NCBI GenBank assembly: GCA_000165425.1
Contig: CT868496.1
Coordinates: 124,001 to 188,000 of the forward strand
Reading direction: 5' to 3'
DNA: 64,000 bases
Origin: Paramecium tetraurelia
Lineage: Eukaryota
Under the pieces are notes generated by a model, which saw only the letters and a list, made by a program, of their open reading frames with translations, had not been told where the DNA came from and did not search any database. Positions 40,247-53,322 of the stretch are shown one piece after another (position 1 is the first letter of the stretch; every line of letters starts with the position of its first letter). The position numbers and the translations under genes were made by a program.

Positions 40247-43200
40247 ATGGAAACAAAGTCTGAATATGGTCTATCGAAAGAGGGACAGAGTTCTTTGGGT
40301 AAAGTTGTTGTTGAATTAAAAAACGTTCTATTTTCAGTGACTAGGTAAATGCTTATTGATGATGATCCTTCATTGCTTTTAAACATAGCTTCACTTTTAA
40401 TCCAGTTGCTTTAAATGACTTACATCTGTTTTAATAGAAATCTGTACAAGGCTTGGAAGCATGATTAGATTGCAGAGTATGTTAGCAAAATAACTGGCTA
40501 TGTTCTACTATCACCACAATATGAGAGGATGTCATATTCTACAATGGTGATATTGACATATTTGTTTGTGGGTATAATTGCATTGGAAATTTTACTGTAT
40601 TTGGTACTAAGCAATAGGACTGAAAAACTGAGCAAAACTCTACCTATGGCAATGTTAAAGTCAATAATAAATTTGATGCTTTCAATTTTATATATGCCAA
40701 TAGTAGATTTGTTTATTTCAGTATGGACATGCTAAGACTCTTACCACTTCTCATTCACTAATTATGAATGCTGGGCAGGCAGTCATACAGTTCATTCGAT
40801 TGTAGCAATAATCTTTTTGATAATATTCTACACTTTGAGTGCTGTTCATTCATTTCTCTATTATGAGGCTCGCTTTGTCTACAACAATCCTTTATCAAAA
40901 TAGAATGGATTTGATGATTTTATTTTAAAAACTTATATTCTGATTTAGGTATTGAATTACTCATTTATCGATTCGCAATATGTTTAGGTGATTCTTATAG
41001 CTTTTGGAAACATAACTCTCTACATATATAATTATCATTACAATACACATAACAATTTGATTATCTACAAACTGTGGTAAATGATAATTGCCGTAAATAA
41101 CTGGACTTGCATTATGTTAGCCTTCAGTAAGATCCTAGAGGATGTGATATTTAGAGGTACCATTTATGCATGGCTTTTGGGAATACCTCTATTGGTAATA
41201 ATAGTAATATAAAACCCGGAAGAGAGAATCGATTTGTTACTATTGGACAATATGAAAGGGACAATAAATCAGATCTTATTGTAGCAGCATCATTTGTTGC
41301 GATTGCATAATTGGAACACTCAGCTATTCAATATAATTTTGGATGGATATTTAAAAACTCATAATTAAACCTGTATTAGACCTGACTGTGGTAAAGAGCT
41401 AATCAAGATCATCTAATAAAATTATTTGGATGCAAGCAAGAGATTTCCATATGACTATTAGTTGAAGATTAGATATGGATTCTTTTTACTCCATATTGGT
41501 TAAAGACAGTATGCTTTGTAGGAATTCAATTAAGCTCAAAATTAGAATCCTACAATGGATTACGAGTTTGTATTGTTTAGATACAAGAAAATTATTGAGG
41601 ATGAGATGAACGATTAGAATGTTGAATAGATAGATACGCATAATGAAGCTATTTACTTAAATATTATTAAGAATTTTTAAAGCAAGATCGAAAGAGTTAC
41701 TTTAATAAATATGGATTTCTGGTCTTAGTTGTAAGAGGATTATCCAGATTTAGGGAAATTGAATTAGATAGGTCTGAATATTCATAATCTAATGAATGAG
41801 ATTGAAATGACTTGGAATCGATTACAGAAGACAAAATAAAACACATAGAAGAGTTTAAAAATGTATAGTAAATTTATGATCGATGTTGTGCAAGATCAAG
41901 ATTATGGTGAGTTGTTGTATGAGAAATCTAGAGTCATGGATGCTTCTTATGTGAGGAAAGGCATATAGATGGCAAGTAAGGAGGAAATCAGCATGGAAAG
42001 TCTACCAACAATAATAATTTCATTAGCTCCTGATAAGTTTGGTTAGATCATCAATCTAAATACTGCATGTCATGTATTTGGATATATGAAGAATGAATTA
42101 GTTAATAGGAAATTGAATGTCTTGATTCCCAATATCTTTCAAAAAGCCCATGATTAATTAATGAAATTGGGATTTGATTAAAAATTGAATAAAGAGAGAT
42201 CGATTTATGTCAAAAACAAATAGAATTACCTCATCCCTTGCATCATAGAGATGAAGGCCTTAACATCCTTAGATTAATCAGTTATGATAATAGCATAATT
42301 TAAATTATTCAAACCATATAAGCAAACTTGCTATATCTTATTCGATAGTGATGATATTATAGACTCGATCTCATTTAATTGTATCAGTTTACTTGGTTTG
42401 GATTTGCGTTTGATATAGAACAAGAAACTGTTGGTGAGTGAAATATTTCCCTAATTGGAGGATAAGAGTGAGTTTCTAATTAAAGGAGGAGGGATTATCT
42501 AATACAAGATACCAGAGGATATTGCAAGTGGTTTGATTCCATCTAATGAATACATAGATGAGAAGTCCAAGTTTGCTTAGGAATTCATTTGTACTTTGAA
42601 TTCAGTGACACTAAATAATTTATAATTAGGGTTTATGATGAAATTAGAGTAAAAAGAGAGTGAAAATCGATTGATGCCATTAAAGAAACAAAAATCTAAT
42701 TTCTAATTTAAATATAATGTTGGTAAGAAGATCTTTTTGGGAGAATTCTCTACTGATTAAGTCTCAGCTATACCTGATTTATCTTCGATTCATGATTAAA
42801 CTGTTGATGTCAGTGCCATGTCTGTAAAAAATCAATCAATCACACAAGTGAAATCATCAGAGGATCAAAAATTTGATTATGGAGAGGGAATTAAAACATT
42901 ACAACTCTTTTAAAATCGTATTCAGGAAATTGATAAAGAGGAAATTATAGAAGAATTTGATGAGGAACACTAACAAAGTGTTTTTCAAAATAACATAGAA
43001 TCACAGTAAGAAAATGAAAGTAGTATTAATAATAACATATTTAAATCAAGAGCATCGCTGTAAGAATAAATAAAAAATTAAGGTAGAATTTCTATTATTT
43101 CTAAAATGATTTGGTTTACTAACATTTTATATTTAACAATGACAGCTTTGGCATTTTTTGAATTTTTCTATTTAAATCAATAATACAATGAAATTGAAGA

Positions 43201-44934
43201 AAACATCAATTTGATTGGTAAAGAAAATCAAATGCATGCTGGATTATAAACTATTTTGGCTAATATATAAAATTTGAAGATGCTCAACTTAGGTGTATGG
43301 TAGAATGTAAATAAATCTGCATATGAAACTACTTAAAAGGAGGAACTTATTAAGCAATTGAATCAAGTTCAAGATTTAAACAAGGAAGTATTAATGAGTG
43401 ACTTAAAATTAACAGATGTTTATTCCAATCTGAAGGTTTCAGATGCCATTAAAATGTATTTTAGTACAAGTTCAAGCTAATAGTATGATTATATGGAAGC
43501 AACTCAATAAATTATCAGTAAAGGAATTGAAGTGTCGAATCTGAAATTGGGAGACATCACTGAATATTAATCTAGTGTTTTCTTTGTGGAATACAACCTT
43601 CTAAATGCATATTGGATTGCTTTATAAGATGTGTCAGATTAATTTATTTTAGCCTTGGATGATAGAACAACTAGATAGGAGAAAGTTGAAATTGTTGTGA
43701 TTACACTCTCCGCTGTTATGTTATTTATATCGTTAATCATATATTCAATATCAATCATACTATTAGCTTAGATGAGACTGTCAATACTGCAATTATTCTT
43801 AGATATTCCAGAAAAGACAGTGAAGTATTTCTACAGTAAGTGCGAGAATTATATAAGTAATCTGTAAGTAGGAGATGAGGATGAAAATGTCTCATTCTAA
43901 GAAGATTTGGAAGAGTAAGCAGAGTTGAACAAAACATTGAAATCAAGAAAGAAGAAGAAGAAGTTTATCAACTCTAATTAAAATCATAAGGATCATATAT
44001 TGCTTTTTGTATTTTCTGTTATGACTTTACAAGGCTACTTCATATTCGCTTACTTTGTAACCTAAAATGAATTAAAAAATTTGAATTAGCAAATAGCTGA
44101 ATTCAACATCACAACTAGATGTGAAGGGTTTTACAGATTTTGTGATAATTCAGAAAGATAACTCTTTTATAATCAGGAAATAAAATTGTTAAACCAGGAG
44201 CCTTATCAAGTTATCAAGTAAAACGTAAAGGACATGTATGCATTTGATACGTCAATGCAACAACAACATGCTTTGAACATCGATGTATAGAACTCAGATT
44301 ACAGATCTGTCTATGACCATATTATGATGTCTGATCCCTGTGATGTTCTACCCTCATATGGATCTCCGGATACTGTTACTTGCCAAGCCTTTGCAAGAGG
44401 GGCATTGGCATAAGGGAATTCCATAGGAGTGGCAAGATACATCGAGAATTTGAGATACATCATAACAATTTATGACAAATTCATAGGTCTTGGGTCTAAA
44501 CCCAATTTCACAACAGTTGCAAGAGGAGATGCTGTGGATTCTAAGATAGTTGATGACCCTGAGAAGAACAATCTATTGAATCTGAATAACTTCAATCAGA
44601 CCAAAGAGGCTAGAGCCTATTAATCGAATTATTTAACACGTAAATCTTTCAATTATTATTTTTAGCTGCTTTTCAATACTTGACTGATCACATGATCAGC
44701 GGATTCAGTAAGGATTTAAGTGATCACATAGCGTAGAAATTGGCAGTGTTCATTGTATTTAATGTTGTTCTTTTCATAATGTAATTTTTGATTATGTATC
44801 CGTTCCTTTTGAAATTGAATAAGCATATATCGAATACAAGATTGTTGTTGACAATGATCCCATTGCGACTAATACTCAAAATATACTCTATTAGAAACTT
44901 TATCAAAAATAATTTATCTGATATTTAATATTGA
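40247..44934 (+). CDS. Large multi-TM PAS-domain protein (TmcB/TmcC-like ciliate family)
   Basis: N-terminal TM bundle with Cys loop (WTCQ..YECW..H); PAS segment IINLNTACHVFGYMKNELVNRKLNVLIPNIFQKAHD; repeated TM/extracellular modules; C-terminal TRLLLTMIP. Confidence 0.82.
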
Positions 44935-44945
44935 AATAATTATAA

Positions 44946-45785
44946 ATGAAAAAATCTCCTCCACCTAAAGATCAAAAAAAAGAGAAAAGTCTCGAAAAAG
45001 CAGGAGAGCCAGAAAAACATGAGAAATTCGAAAAATCCCATAAAACCCTTTAGCCTCTAGACAAAGTTCGAATACCGAGGAATGTGAACTTTTATCTCCA
45101 CTTCCTCCAACATCCAGAAATCACAGAGAATGATATTGAATGGGTCCTGCAACTTAGACACTGGGATGCTGTATGTCTATTTATATTATCCACCTAGAAT
45201 AAAATGAAAGAGCTGCTCAGTAAAATACCAAATCAACCTTATTCTCTTGCTGATAAAAAAACCCTATTTTCTGAAAAAAAGCACGACATACAGGACATCC
45301 AGAACAAGGACAATGTTGCTAGTTTTATGCACCTCCTCAGTCATCGTTTGGGATTGAGTGCATCTGGAAGTTAAGCAGATTTTGAAACTGGATTGAGAAG
45401 ATATCGAGAGCATGATGAAAATCTCAGCAAGAGAGAAAAGGGATGGTGGTATATACCAAAGAAAGATAGACATGATTTTCCAGAATTTCCCAAACCTTTA
45501 AAAGAACAAATGGATCTTAAAAAGTCTTTCAGTACCGGGAAGTTTAATAAGATGAAATTCACCTACTCTGGTTTTGAAGGATTACAAGAACTCCCACCTT
45601 ACACCATGAAGTTTAAGCAAAGTAATTGTGGAAGTGTCAAACATTTATTTGGTCCAGATGTCAGGATGTCTCAAGGTCTGTGGGAAGAAGGATTAAGAGA
45701 TTCATATAATAAGAGAATGCCCTAATAAAATCGAAATAAAGAAGAAAGCAAAAATAAAAAGAAATTAGATCCCATAAAGAAATGA
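44946..45785 (+). CDS. Hypothetical protein with repeated (W/F)xxxLR motifs
   Basis: MKKSPPPK start, one intron; motifs EWVLQLRHW, DFETGLRRY, LWEEGLRDSY. Confidence 0.7.
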
Positions 45786-46565
45786 TTTAAATTTATTAAT
45801 TTGTTATCAATATAATTATATCCAATCTCTTCTTATGCATGTTTAACTCAACAGAAACCAAAAACAATAGGTGGGGAGTATTTAAGTGAGGAATTCTACA
45901 TTTAAATATGTGTATTCAATATATTACGGGTATTTATAAATAATTTGATCATATTATCAAATAAAAACTGAATTTTTAGATAATGAATCTTATAATGGAA
46001 CATAAGCAGTAAATTTATTATGGAAACTATGCTGTCTTTTTGTTATTCAATTTAAAACATTAAAAATATTCTGCCTTCTTATCATGAATTTCTAATCATA
46101 TAGCTTACTAAATTAGGTGTTACTCTCAAATTTAGACGGATGAATTACATATATTTTATAAATACAATATTGTCACTTTTAATAAATCTTAAATTATTTT
46201 TTACTCATTTCTGTATGAATATCTGAATTTTACATATAAAATTAACCTATACATTAAAAACGATTAAAACCTTAATAATAAACATATTTATGAAAGAACT
46301 CAATTGAATGAGCACATTTACAGTGGCTATGAGCATATAAGAAGATAATTGAAGAATAAATAGATGTAAATAAATAAACAAATTTACTACAATGATAGAA
46401 ATTAAATTTTAAAAGTGCAATCAGAGATGGCGTGGAAAATGATGTTAAGAGTCCAATAAATATCCATAGACAAGTATTAGGAGAAGGAGATATGAATATA
46501 TGCAGTGTGGAATAATGAAATGAATATATGAGATTGAATAAAAATTTAATTTTAAATTATAATTT

Positions 46566-47454
46566 ATGGGCAGAGACTTCAGAGGAGGAAGAGGAGATAC
46601 ACGAGGAGGTGGTAGAGGAGGAGATCGAGGAAGAGGAGCTCCTAGAGGCAGAGGAGGAAGAGGCGGAAGAGGAGGTCATATGGGTGGAGCTCCAAAAGCG
46701 TTCGTAGTTCCTCATCCAAGATTGGCTGGAGTGTTTGTGGCTAAGGGATAATAGGAGGCCTTGGTTACTAAGAACATGGTTCCAGGAGAGTCAGTTTATA
46801 ATGAAAAGAGGATTTCTGTTGAAGACAAATAAACAGGAGAGAAAGTAGAATATAGAGTTTGGAATCCATTCAGATCAAAGATTGCTGCTGGAGTGATAGG
46901 AGGAGTGAGTGATATTTTCATTAAGCCTGGAGCTAAGGTTTTGTATTTGGGAGCTGCATCAGGAACTACAGTTTCTCATGTGTCAGACATTATAGGATCA
47001 GAAGGTATGCAAATGAAGTTTAGTTTTTAGGTGTCGTATATGCTGTAGAGTTCTCTCATAGATCAGGCAGAGATCTCGTTAATATGGCTAAGAAGCGAAC
47101 TAACATTGTTCCTATTATTGCTGATGCAAGAAAGCCTCTAGAGTACAGGATGCTCGTTGGAATGGTCGATGTTGTATTTGCAGATGTGGCATAGCCAGAT
47201 CAAGCTAGAATTGTGGGATTGAACTCACAATACTTCTTGAAGAAGGGTGGTCATTTCATGATCTCCATCAAAGCCAATTGCATTGATTCCACTAATAGAG
47301 CCGAAGTTGTCTTTTAACATGAAGTGCAAAGATTGAAGGTATGCTAATATTCTTATTATCTTCTCAGGATGAAGGCCTTACACCTCAAGAATAATTGACT
47401 TTAGAACCTTATGAAAGAGATCATGCTATTGTTATTGGAGTGTATAATGTTTGA
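46566..47454 (+). CDS. NOP1: Fibrillarin (box C/D rRNA 2'-O-methyltransferase)
   Basis: GAR domain; [52 protein letters not shown]. Confidence 0.97.
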
Positions 47455-48154
47455 AAATTAAAATATAAATATTTAATGATTCATTATTAAAACTCTACTT
47501 ATATTTATGATCAAATGAATAGTAGGTCGGAGTATCCAACATAAATATGCTGGATGGGGAAGACTTGAGTAAGTCATCCAATTAAATTCTCTTACTTTAC
47601 CTGTTGGAGACAGAAGGAAATTGTGATAACTGAAAATGAGGGATTGAGTTCATTAATAAACTAAAGATAAATAAGTCAAAAACAATCTAAGAAGCAGATT
47701 AATAGTATTAGGATCAATAAACATTACAAATCAATTGGACTTTGAAAGATATAAGCAAAGAGTAACAGAGAAGAAGAGTTGAAAATGAAAATGCCAATCA
47801 ATAAATCAACAAGTAAAAGACTAAAGAAAATAGTAAAAGGAACAATGTATGGCAGCTTTGGCATAACAAGAAAAGAAGTAGAATCAATAAGAAATAATTA
47901 TGTTTAGACTGAAAAGTAATTCCCTATTTTAAATTCAATCGCTGCAACTTGATAAAGTGCTTTGGCTCCTCATAGAGTCATATCTTACCATTACAAGGGA
48001 ATGACAGAAGTATAGATATAGCAAATTAGAAATGATTAAGATAAATAAAGATAGGGGTATAATTAAAAGAGTTTAATTACTCTCTTAAAATGAATAGAAA
48101 TTAAAATTAAAAAATGAATGTGAATGATAAATAAATAAAACATTTATATTTATA

Positions 48155-49071
48155 ATGATCTAGGAGATTACAAATTTCTCAATTCCAGAGAGTCCAAGTT
48201 GCATGGATATTTCAAAAGAGTTTTTGGCCATTGGCACATTGGATGAAAATGTATTTCTCTACTCTCAACCCTTTCAATCCAAATCGAATGAAACCATATT
48301 GAAAAATCATCTTTTGGGAGTCATAGATTTATCTATCAATGCAGACGAAACCTAAAGTACTTAATTACGATAATAAAAATATCAGTTGTGGTCTCATCAT
48401 TAGATAATTATCTTCGAATCTGGGATATCGATGATAAGAAGCTGATTTCTGAAATATAATGTGATGCCTTTGCCAATTGGAAAGTCAGATTTTTTGATTC
48501 GTCAATTGTTGTGACTTCTGGGGAAATGGGAATCATTAACTTTTATCACGTTGACACCAAAGAGAGAATTCAAAAAATAGAAACAGACCCAATTTATTAT
48601 TCAAGTTCACTCTAGATTCATGATTAATTGTTAGCTGTTGGTAATGAAGGTGGCAGTCTATTTTTGATTGATTAAAAGTTTCAAAAGAAGGCAATCAAAC
48701 CTCATTCAAAACCAATAAAGTCAATCCTATTTCTGGACAACAACAAAATTCTAACAGGATCAGAGGATGGATTAATTAAACTCATAGACCTAGAGAAATT
48801 TGAAATCATTAAACAGTTTAGAGGTCATAAATATGGTGTAATGGATTTCTGTAAAATCAATGAGAAAGTATGAAAATTCAAGATTATTCAGTCATTTGTC
48901 AGTTGCTCTACGGACAGAACAATTCGAGTATGGGATGTTAACCAAATCTACTCTCAGAAACATATACAGACCATGAATGACAAACCTGGAGGAATCAGCG
49001 GTATTCGATACAAGAATGACCAAATCATAGCTGCTCATGATTGTGGCATTATAAGCTTTTATGCTATATGA
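48155..49071 (+). CDS. SKI8: WD40 protein, Ski8/WDR61-like
   Basis: NHLLGVIDLSIN..VVSSLDNYLRIWD..I.CDAFANWKVRF parallels WDR61; further WD repeats (GSEDGLIKL, SCSTDRTIRVWD). Confidence 0.72.
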
Positions 49072-49100
49072 TAATTATTATGTGTTGGATGCGTGGATTA

Positions 49101-49692
49101 TCATTCTACAACCTTGTCTCTTCTGTACTTGAAAGGGTAACTTAAAATATCCTATAATGGGGAAGCTCTATTTTAATTTGGATAAAGTATGTTTATAAAG
49201 AAATCATGCCTATTATTGTAAGCCTCTCTAATTTATCTGTGAATCTCCTAAGATGTCCAAGTACGAGGGACTTACTCTTTCAATGCCTTGAGGTTGAATC
49301 CAACTCTTGTTTCTATTAAATTTAACAAATGCAACTTCTCACTATGATATTCTTTCAATAATTTTCAATACTTATATCAGGCATTGTAAAATGAATTAAA
49401 ATGTAGCCAACCTAATCAGAGAACACTTGAAATGGCTGCAGGAGTCAATCATCAATTTTAAACTGAATACCTCGTCTTTATGTATGGCTACATGGCTCCT
49501 CTATAATGGAAGAGAGTATTACAGACAATTGGAAATCCACAATATGCCCATTTCTTTAATCTATCCTTTATAAGAAAAGACTTGATATCCTCAGAAACAG
49601 CACTCTTTATTCAAAACGGATATTGATTTCTCTTCTTTAGTATAGAAATGTGATATTCTTAATTCGAAATGAGATCTCTAATCGTAAGCCAT
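49101..49692 (-). pseudogene. Probable pseudogene of a membrane protein (multiple in-frame TGA)
   Basis: MAYDQRSHF start; protein-like frame IKDRLKKWAYCGFP...EKLHLLNLIETRVGFNL...RRDKVVE-TGA interrupted by several TGA with no clean GT-AG introns to remove them. Confidence 0.5.
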
Positions 49693-49743
49693 GATTTCAA
49701 TAAAAATAATTATAAACTTATATTTATTCAAATTTCTTTAGAC

Positions 49744-50214
49744 TCAAAGCTAATCAATGAAAGTAGATTAGCATGTGTTTAAGGTTCTGGATAAAGGATG
49801 AATTAAAATGCAGTTTTTTCTTTTGGGTGTTCTGGTCACATTAAATTATTCATCTTTGGTGGATATTCTCTGCCTCTTTATAACACCTTTTTAAGGTTCT
49901 ATAATTAGGACTTTGTCACAAAAACTCACTTTTTTTTAATTTTGCCTTGGACATTATTATTTCATCTGATCTTGGTCCTCGTTTAACTTAAAGAAAGTGT
50001 TACTCTTAATAGAGGACTTTGTTTAAATGTAATTATTTGCTTAAGTAACAATTTAGAATTCTTAAATAGGTTTTAATTTAAGTTTCTAGTAGAGAGAGGG
50101 CGTTGAAATGAGTATATTCCTTTCTGATTGAAACATAGGCCTCTATTAATCGAGTTTATTATGTGAATCAATGTTAATTTAGAGTTTTCTCGTAATTTTA
50201 AAAGATTACAACAT
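49744..50214 (-). CDS. Small basic protein with KKVSF (RVxF-type) motif
   Basis: Intronless code-6 ORF MLQSFK...KKVSFCDKVLIIEPQKGVIKRQRI. Confidence 0.65.
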
Positions 50215-50344
50215 AATTAATAATTTATATGATACTGCATTAATTAGAAATGCTCAATAATCCAAAAACAATATAAACACCTCAAAAAAACCGAAGAATG
50301 GAGTGGAATTTGAAAAGAAAAATGAATTAACATGAATTCAAGCA

Positions 50345-50824
50345 TCATTGTAATCTAATCTGATTGGAATTGAAAAAATATCCATTTCTTAATTTTGATT
50401 CTTTCTCAATCAACTTCTCTCTCTTCTTAATTCCCACATCTGTGTCTATCACAAGAACAAGATTCTAAAAACTAACCTTTTTATGAATTGAGGAGGGTCT
50501 GCTATTGGATCCCTTGATGCTATTAGCTTCCCTTTGCCTATTTATCAGAATAGAAGTCAGAGATTTCTCAGATTAAGTTAACCGATGAGATCTCAAATCA
50601 AATCTTTTTAAGCTAGGTTGACTTTTCCTTTGAAGATAATCCTTATGTAATTTGCTTGAATCCAATCTCGAATCTAGATAGCTTGATTTAGATTAATCCA
50701 AATTGGTGGATTTCTTCATTTTGTTTTAGATGTACTTCTCAAAAACCTAGAAATTCCTTTTCGAGCAAATGGGATCGATATCCTTTATGGAGTTTACATT
50801 GGAAAATGTAAATATCTTAGACAT
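50345..50824 (-). CDS. Small basic protein with SILK-like and KKVSF motifs (related to neighbour)
   Basis: MSKIFTF...TSILINRQ...HKKVSFQNLVLVIDTDVGIKKREKL. Confidence 0.7.
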
Positions 50825-51070
50825 TAATATAGTATTGTCTAGATTAAATATATATTATTTAGTGGATTTAATTTAATAGTTTACTGTGTGCATCACTTTA
50901 ATTCTGTCATCACCAAATTAATTAAATCGAAGTCAATAATTGAGTTGATATGATGAGAATCCATATTTAAATTAATGCGAGATTAAACAAATGGAACAAT
51001 TTAAAATATAGTACTTACTTCTTACTGGCGAGAAAGAAAAACTATTTAAATAAATAAGAGAATTTTATAT

Positions 51071-52713
51071 TCATTATTATAAAATGGCCCAAACCTCAAG
51101 ATGCATAATTCTAAACTTTTCAGAATTACTAAATCTAATATTATCAAAAGTATCGCATTGGTTCGAATACCCAAATGTTAGGCTGTGATCGATAAATAAC
51201 CCAAATTTATCACCGCAACCAATACCGATGCCTGATTCATCACAATAAATAAAGTCTCTGTTTTTTTCAGTCCAAAAATAACTCTTGAATTCATTTTTCT
51301 AATTCAATCACAAATATACTATACCTCTAACACATAATTAAATAAGAAGGTTTCTCCATTCCCTCTGAATCCTTGACTATATTGACGTAATTCTGTTGAA
51401 ATATATGCTCCAAATACACAATTATCAAAATCCTTTATGATTAAAATAATCGGAGCTCTATCTTTGATTTCATAGAGCAAATTCTAAAAGCTTGATCCAT
51501 CTTAGCTAATATTGTAATATTTAATCCAATCAGCTAAACGATATACAGCAGGAATTTGTTCAATGATTTGTTTGTAGGTAGTATTAGTGAAACAATCAGA
51601 AGGTTCTTTTAATGTTGGCACATATTCTAATGAAGCCCAAAGTTCTATATATTTAATATTAATTGCATACTTCCCATTCTCTCTCCAATCACATCTTGGA
51701 TTTCGTCTATTTCTATTTATTTTTTCTCTTTAATTTCCTCTATTATATCTAAATAAGGTATTTTTGTTAATTTAGATTGTTCAGTATATCCAGTGCAAGC
51801 TTCATTAATGAATTTTACAATAAATGCACAATTAGCCTTTTTGATTTCTTCTGTATATAATTTCCCATCTAAATCTCTTTCAGCATGCTTGAAAATAATA
51901 TATATATATTACTCTAAAAAACACAGTGGCTATACTCCTTTTCTATTTCTTGTATTTTCTTAATTGCTTAAAATACTGTTTTTCGAATTTAGGTTTGCCA
52001 ATTCCAGATAATAGGATTTAGACAATGTAATCTAAACATCCATTTTAATTTTATAAAACATATGTTACTGCTTCATTGATATCAATCATTGAAATGCAGG
52101 CATTCATTCGAACTTTATTTTATTTATCTTGTGTTTGCTCTTATTAGTATGGATCAAATAGTACTATGTCACTAGTCAAAGTCATTATCCCATTAGAATT
52201 TTATTTATTATTGCAATAAGTAACATCAACTAAATACGATATAATGATATAATTACACTTCTAACTTAATTTATCTTATTCCCATATATTTTCAGCATTT
52301 TTATTTTATTCAATAGGCTTGATGATAGAGAATCGAGGTTGATTTGTTACAGGAACCTTTAAAACCTGACCTTAAAAAATCATGTCACTAGATAGATTAT
52401 TGATCCTTAACAAATAACCTTCATTGACACTAAACTTGAGAGAAATTCCGAAAAAGGAATCATCTTCCTACACTACATAATCCATAAATTCTTCTTATTA
52501 AGGAGGAGCCTGTTCTTTAGCTTCAAATGATTGACTTCTTCTTTATTTTTAATTATATGATTCTTCGATTGAGTTCATAGCTATTTCATCTACTATTTAA
52601 AAGTCTAAGGTTGAGGCCTTGTGAATAGGAGGAGGATCTTTTGACTCGAGCTAAAATGATTAAGTGTGGGATTTCTTCTTTTTTGAGAATGCGTTCTAAA
52701 ATATTTTGAGCAT
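51071..52713 (-). CDS. OXR1/NCOA7-like LysM-(GRAM)-TLDc protein
   Basis: LysM YVVQEDDSFFGISLKF...INNL...GQVLKVP; GIMTLTSDIVLFDP; TLDc DGSSF, VFGAY, GNGETFLF, TFGYSN, LEVWAI. Confidence 0.88.
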
Positions 52714-53322
52714 TAAAATGTATTTAATAAATATAATTTTTGGAGAATTTAAAGTACAGATCAGTTTTAGCGAAATTAAGATAAGAATAATCAACGACAG
52801 AATGAGTTAATCCTGATAAAAGAAGGATTTCATTAAAAGAATCTATTACGGGGTTTTATAAATACAGAAAAGAACCCTTCAATTTTATAAAATTTGATAT
52901 TTTTAATTAATCTGACTCATAATAAGTAATTAATAAAAATGTTGATTATACATATATTTTAGATTATTACGGCGATTTTTTTATTAAGCTATTCCTAACA
53001 TAGTTTGTAAGAGTCTACAATCTAAATTGATGATACCAAAATACAGGGACATCTTCTCAAGTTTAAAGTGATTTTAGTTTATGTGTATTTGGTTATTGTT
53101 TTGATTACATTAATACTTTTTTCTTAATTAAAATAATGGAACTACCCTTAGGATGATTTCTAGAATGCAGTCAAAGCAATGTACTAAGTCATTTCCAACT
53201 CAGACATAAAGATTTAATTATTTAATTATATCCAATTATGATAATATTAAACCCTGTTTTATTTCATTAATTATTGATATCTTGAAAATTAGGATGCCAT
53301 TGTTATTTAATGATTATGATAA

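Noticed and set aside
20252..47454. Functional clustering of the C/D snoRNA with fibrillarin
   Set aside because: They are 26 kb and many unrelated genes apart; co-occurrence is probably chance.
47500..48140. Coding-like composition between fibrillarin and Ski8
   Set aside because: No continuous frame or recognisable domain on either strand with plausible introns.
49585..49605. ECCF-TGA-GY on the minus strand, resembling the CxxU-GY selenoprotein (SelW/SelT) motif
   Set aside because: Flanking residues show no Rdx/thioredoxin pattern, the protein-like sequence continues in another frame, and I saw no SECIS.
2337..50960. Other intergenic RTGATGA box C-like words (near 2338, 10192, 28656, 50950)
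   Set aside because: No suitably spaced CTGA box D or rRNA-complementary guide.
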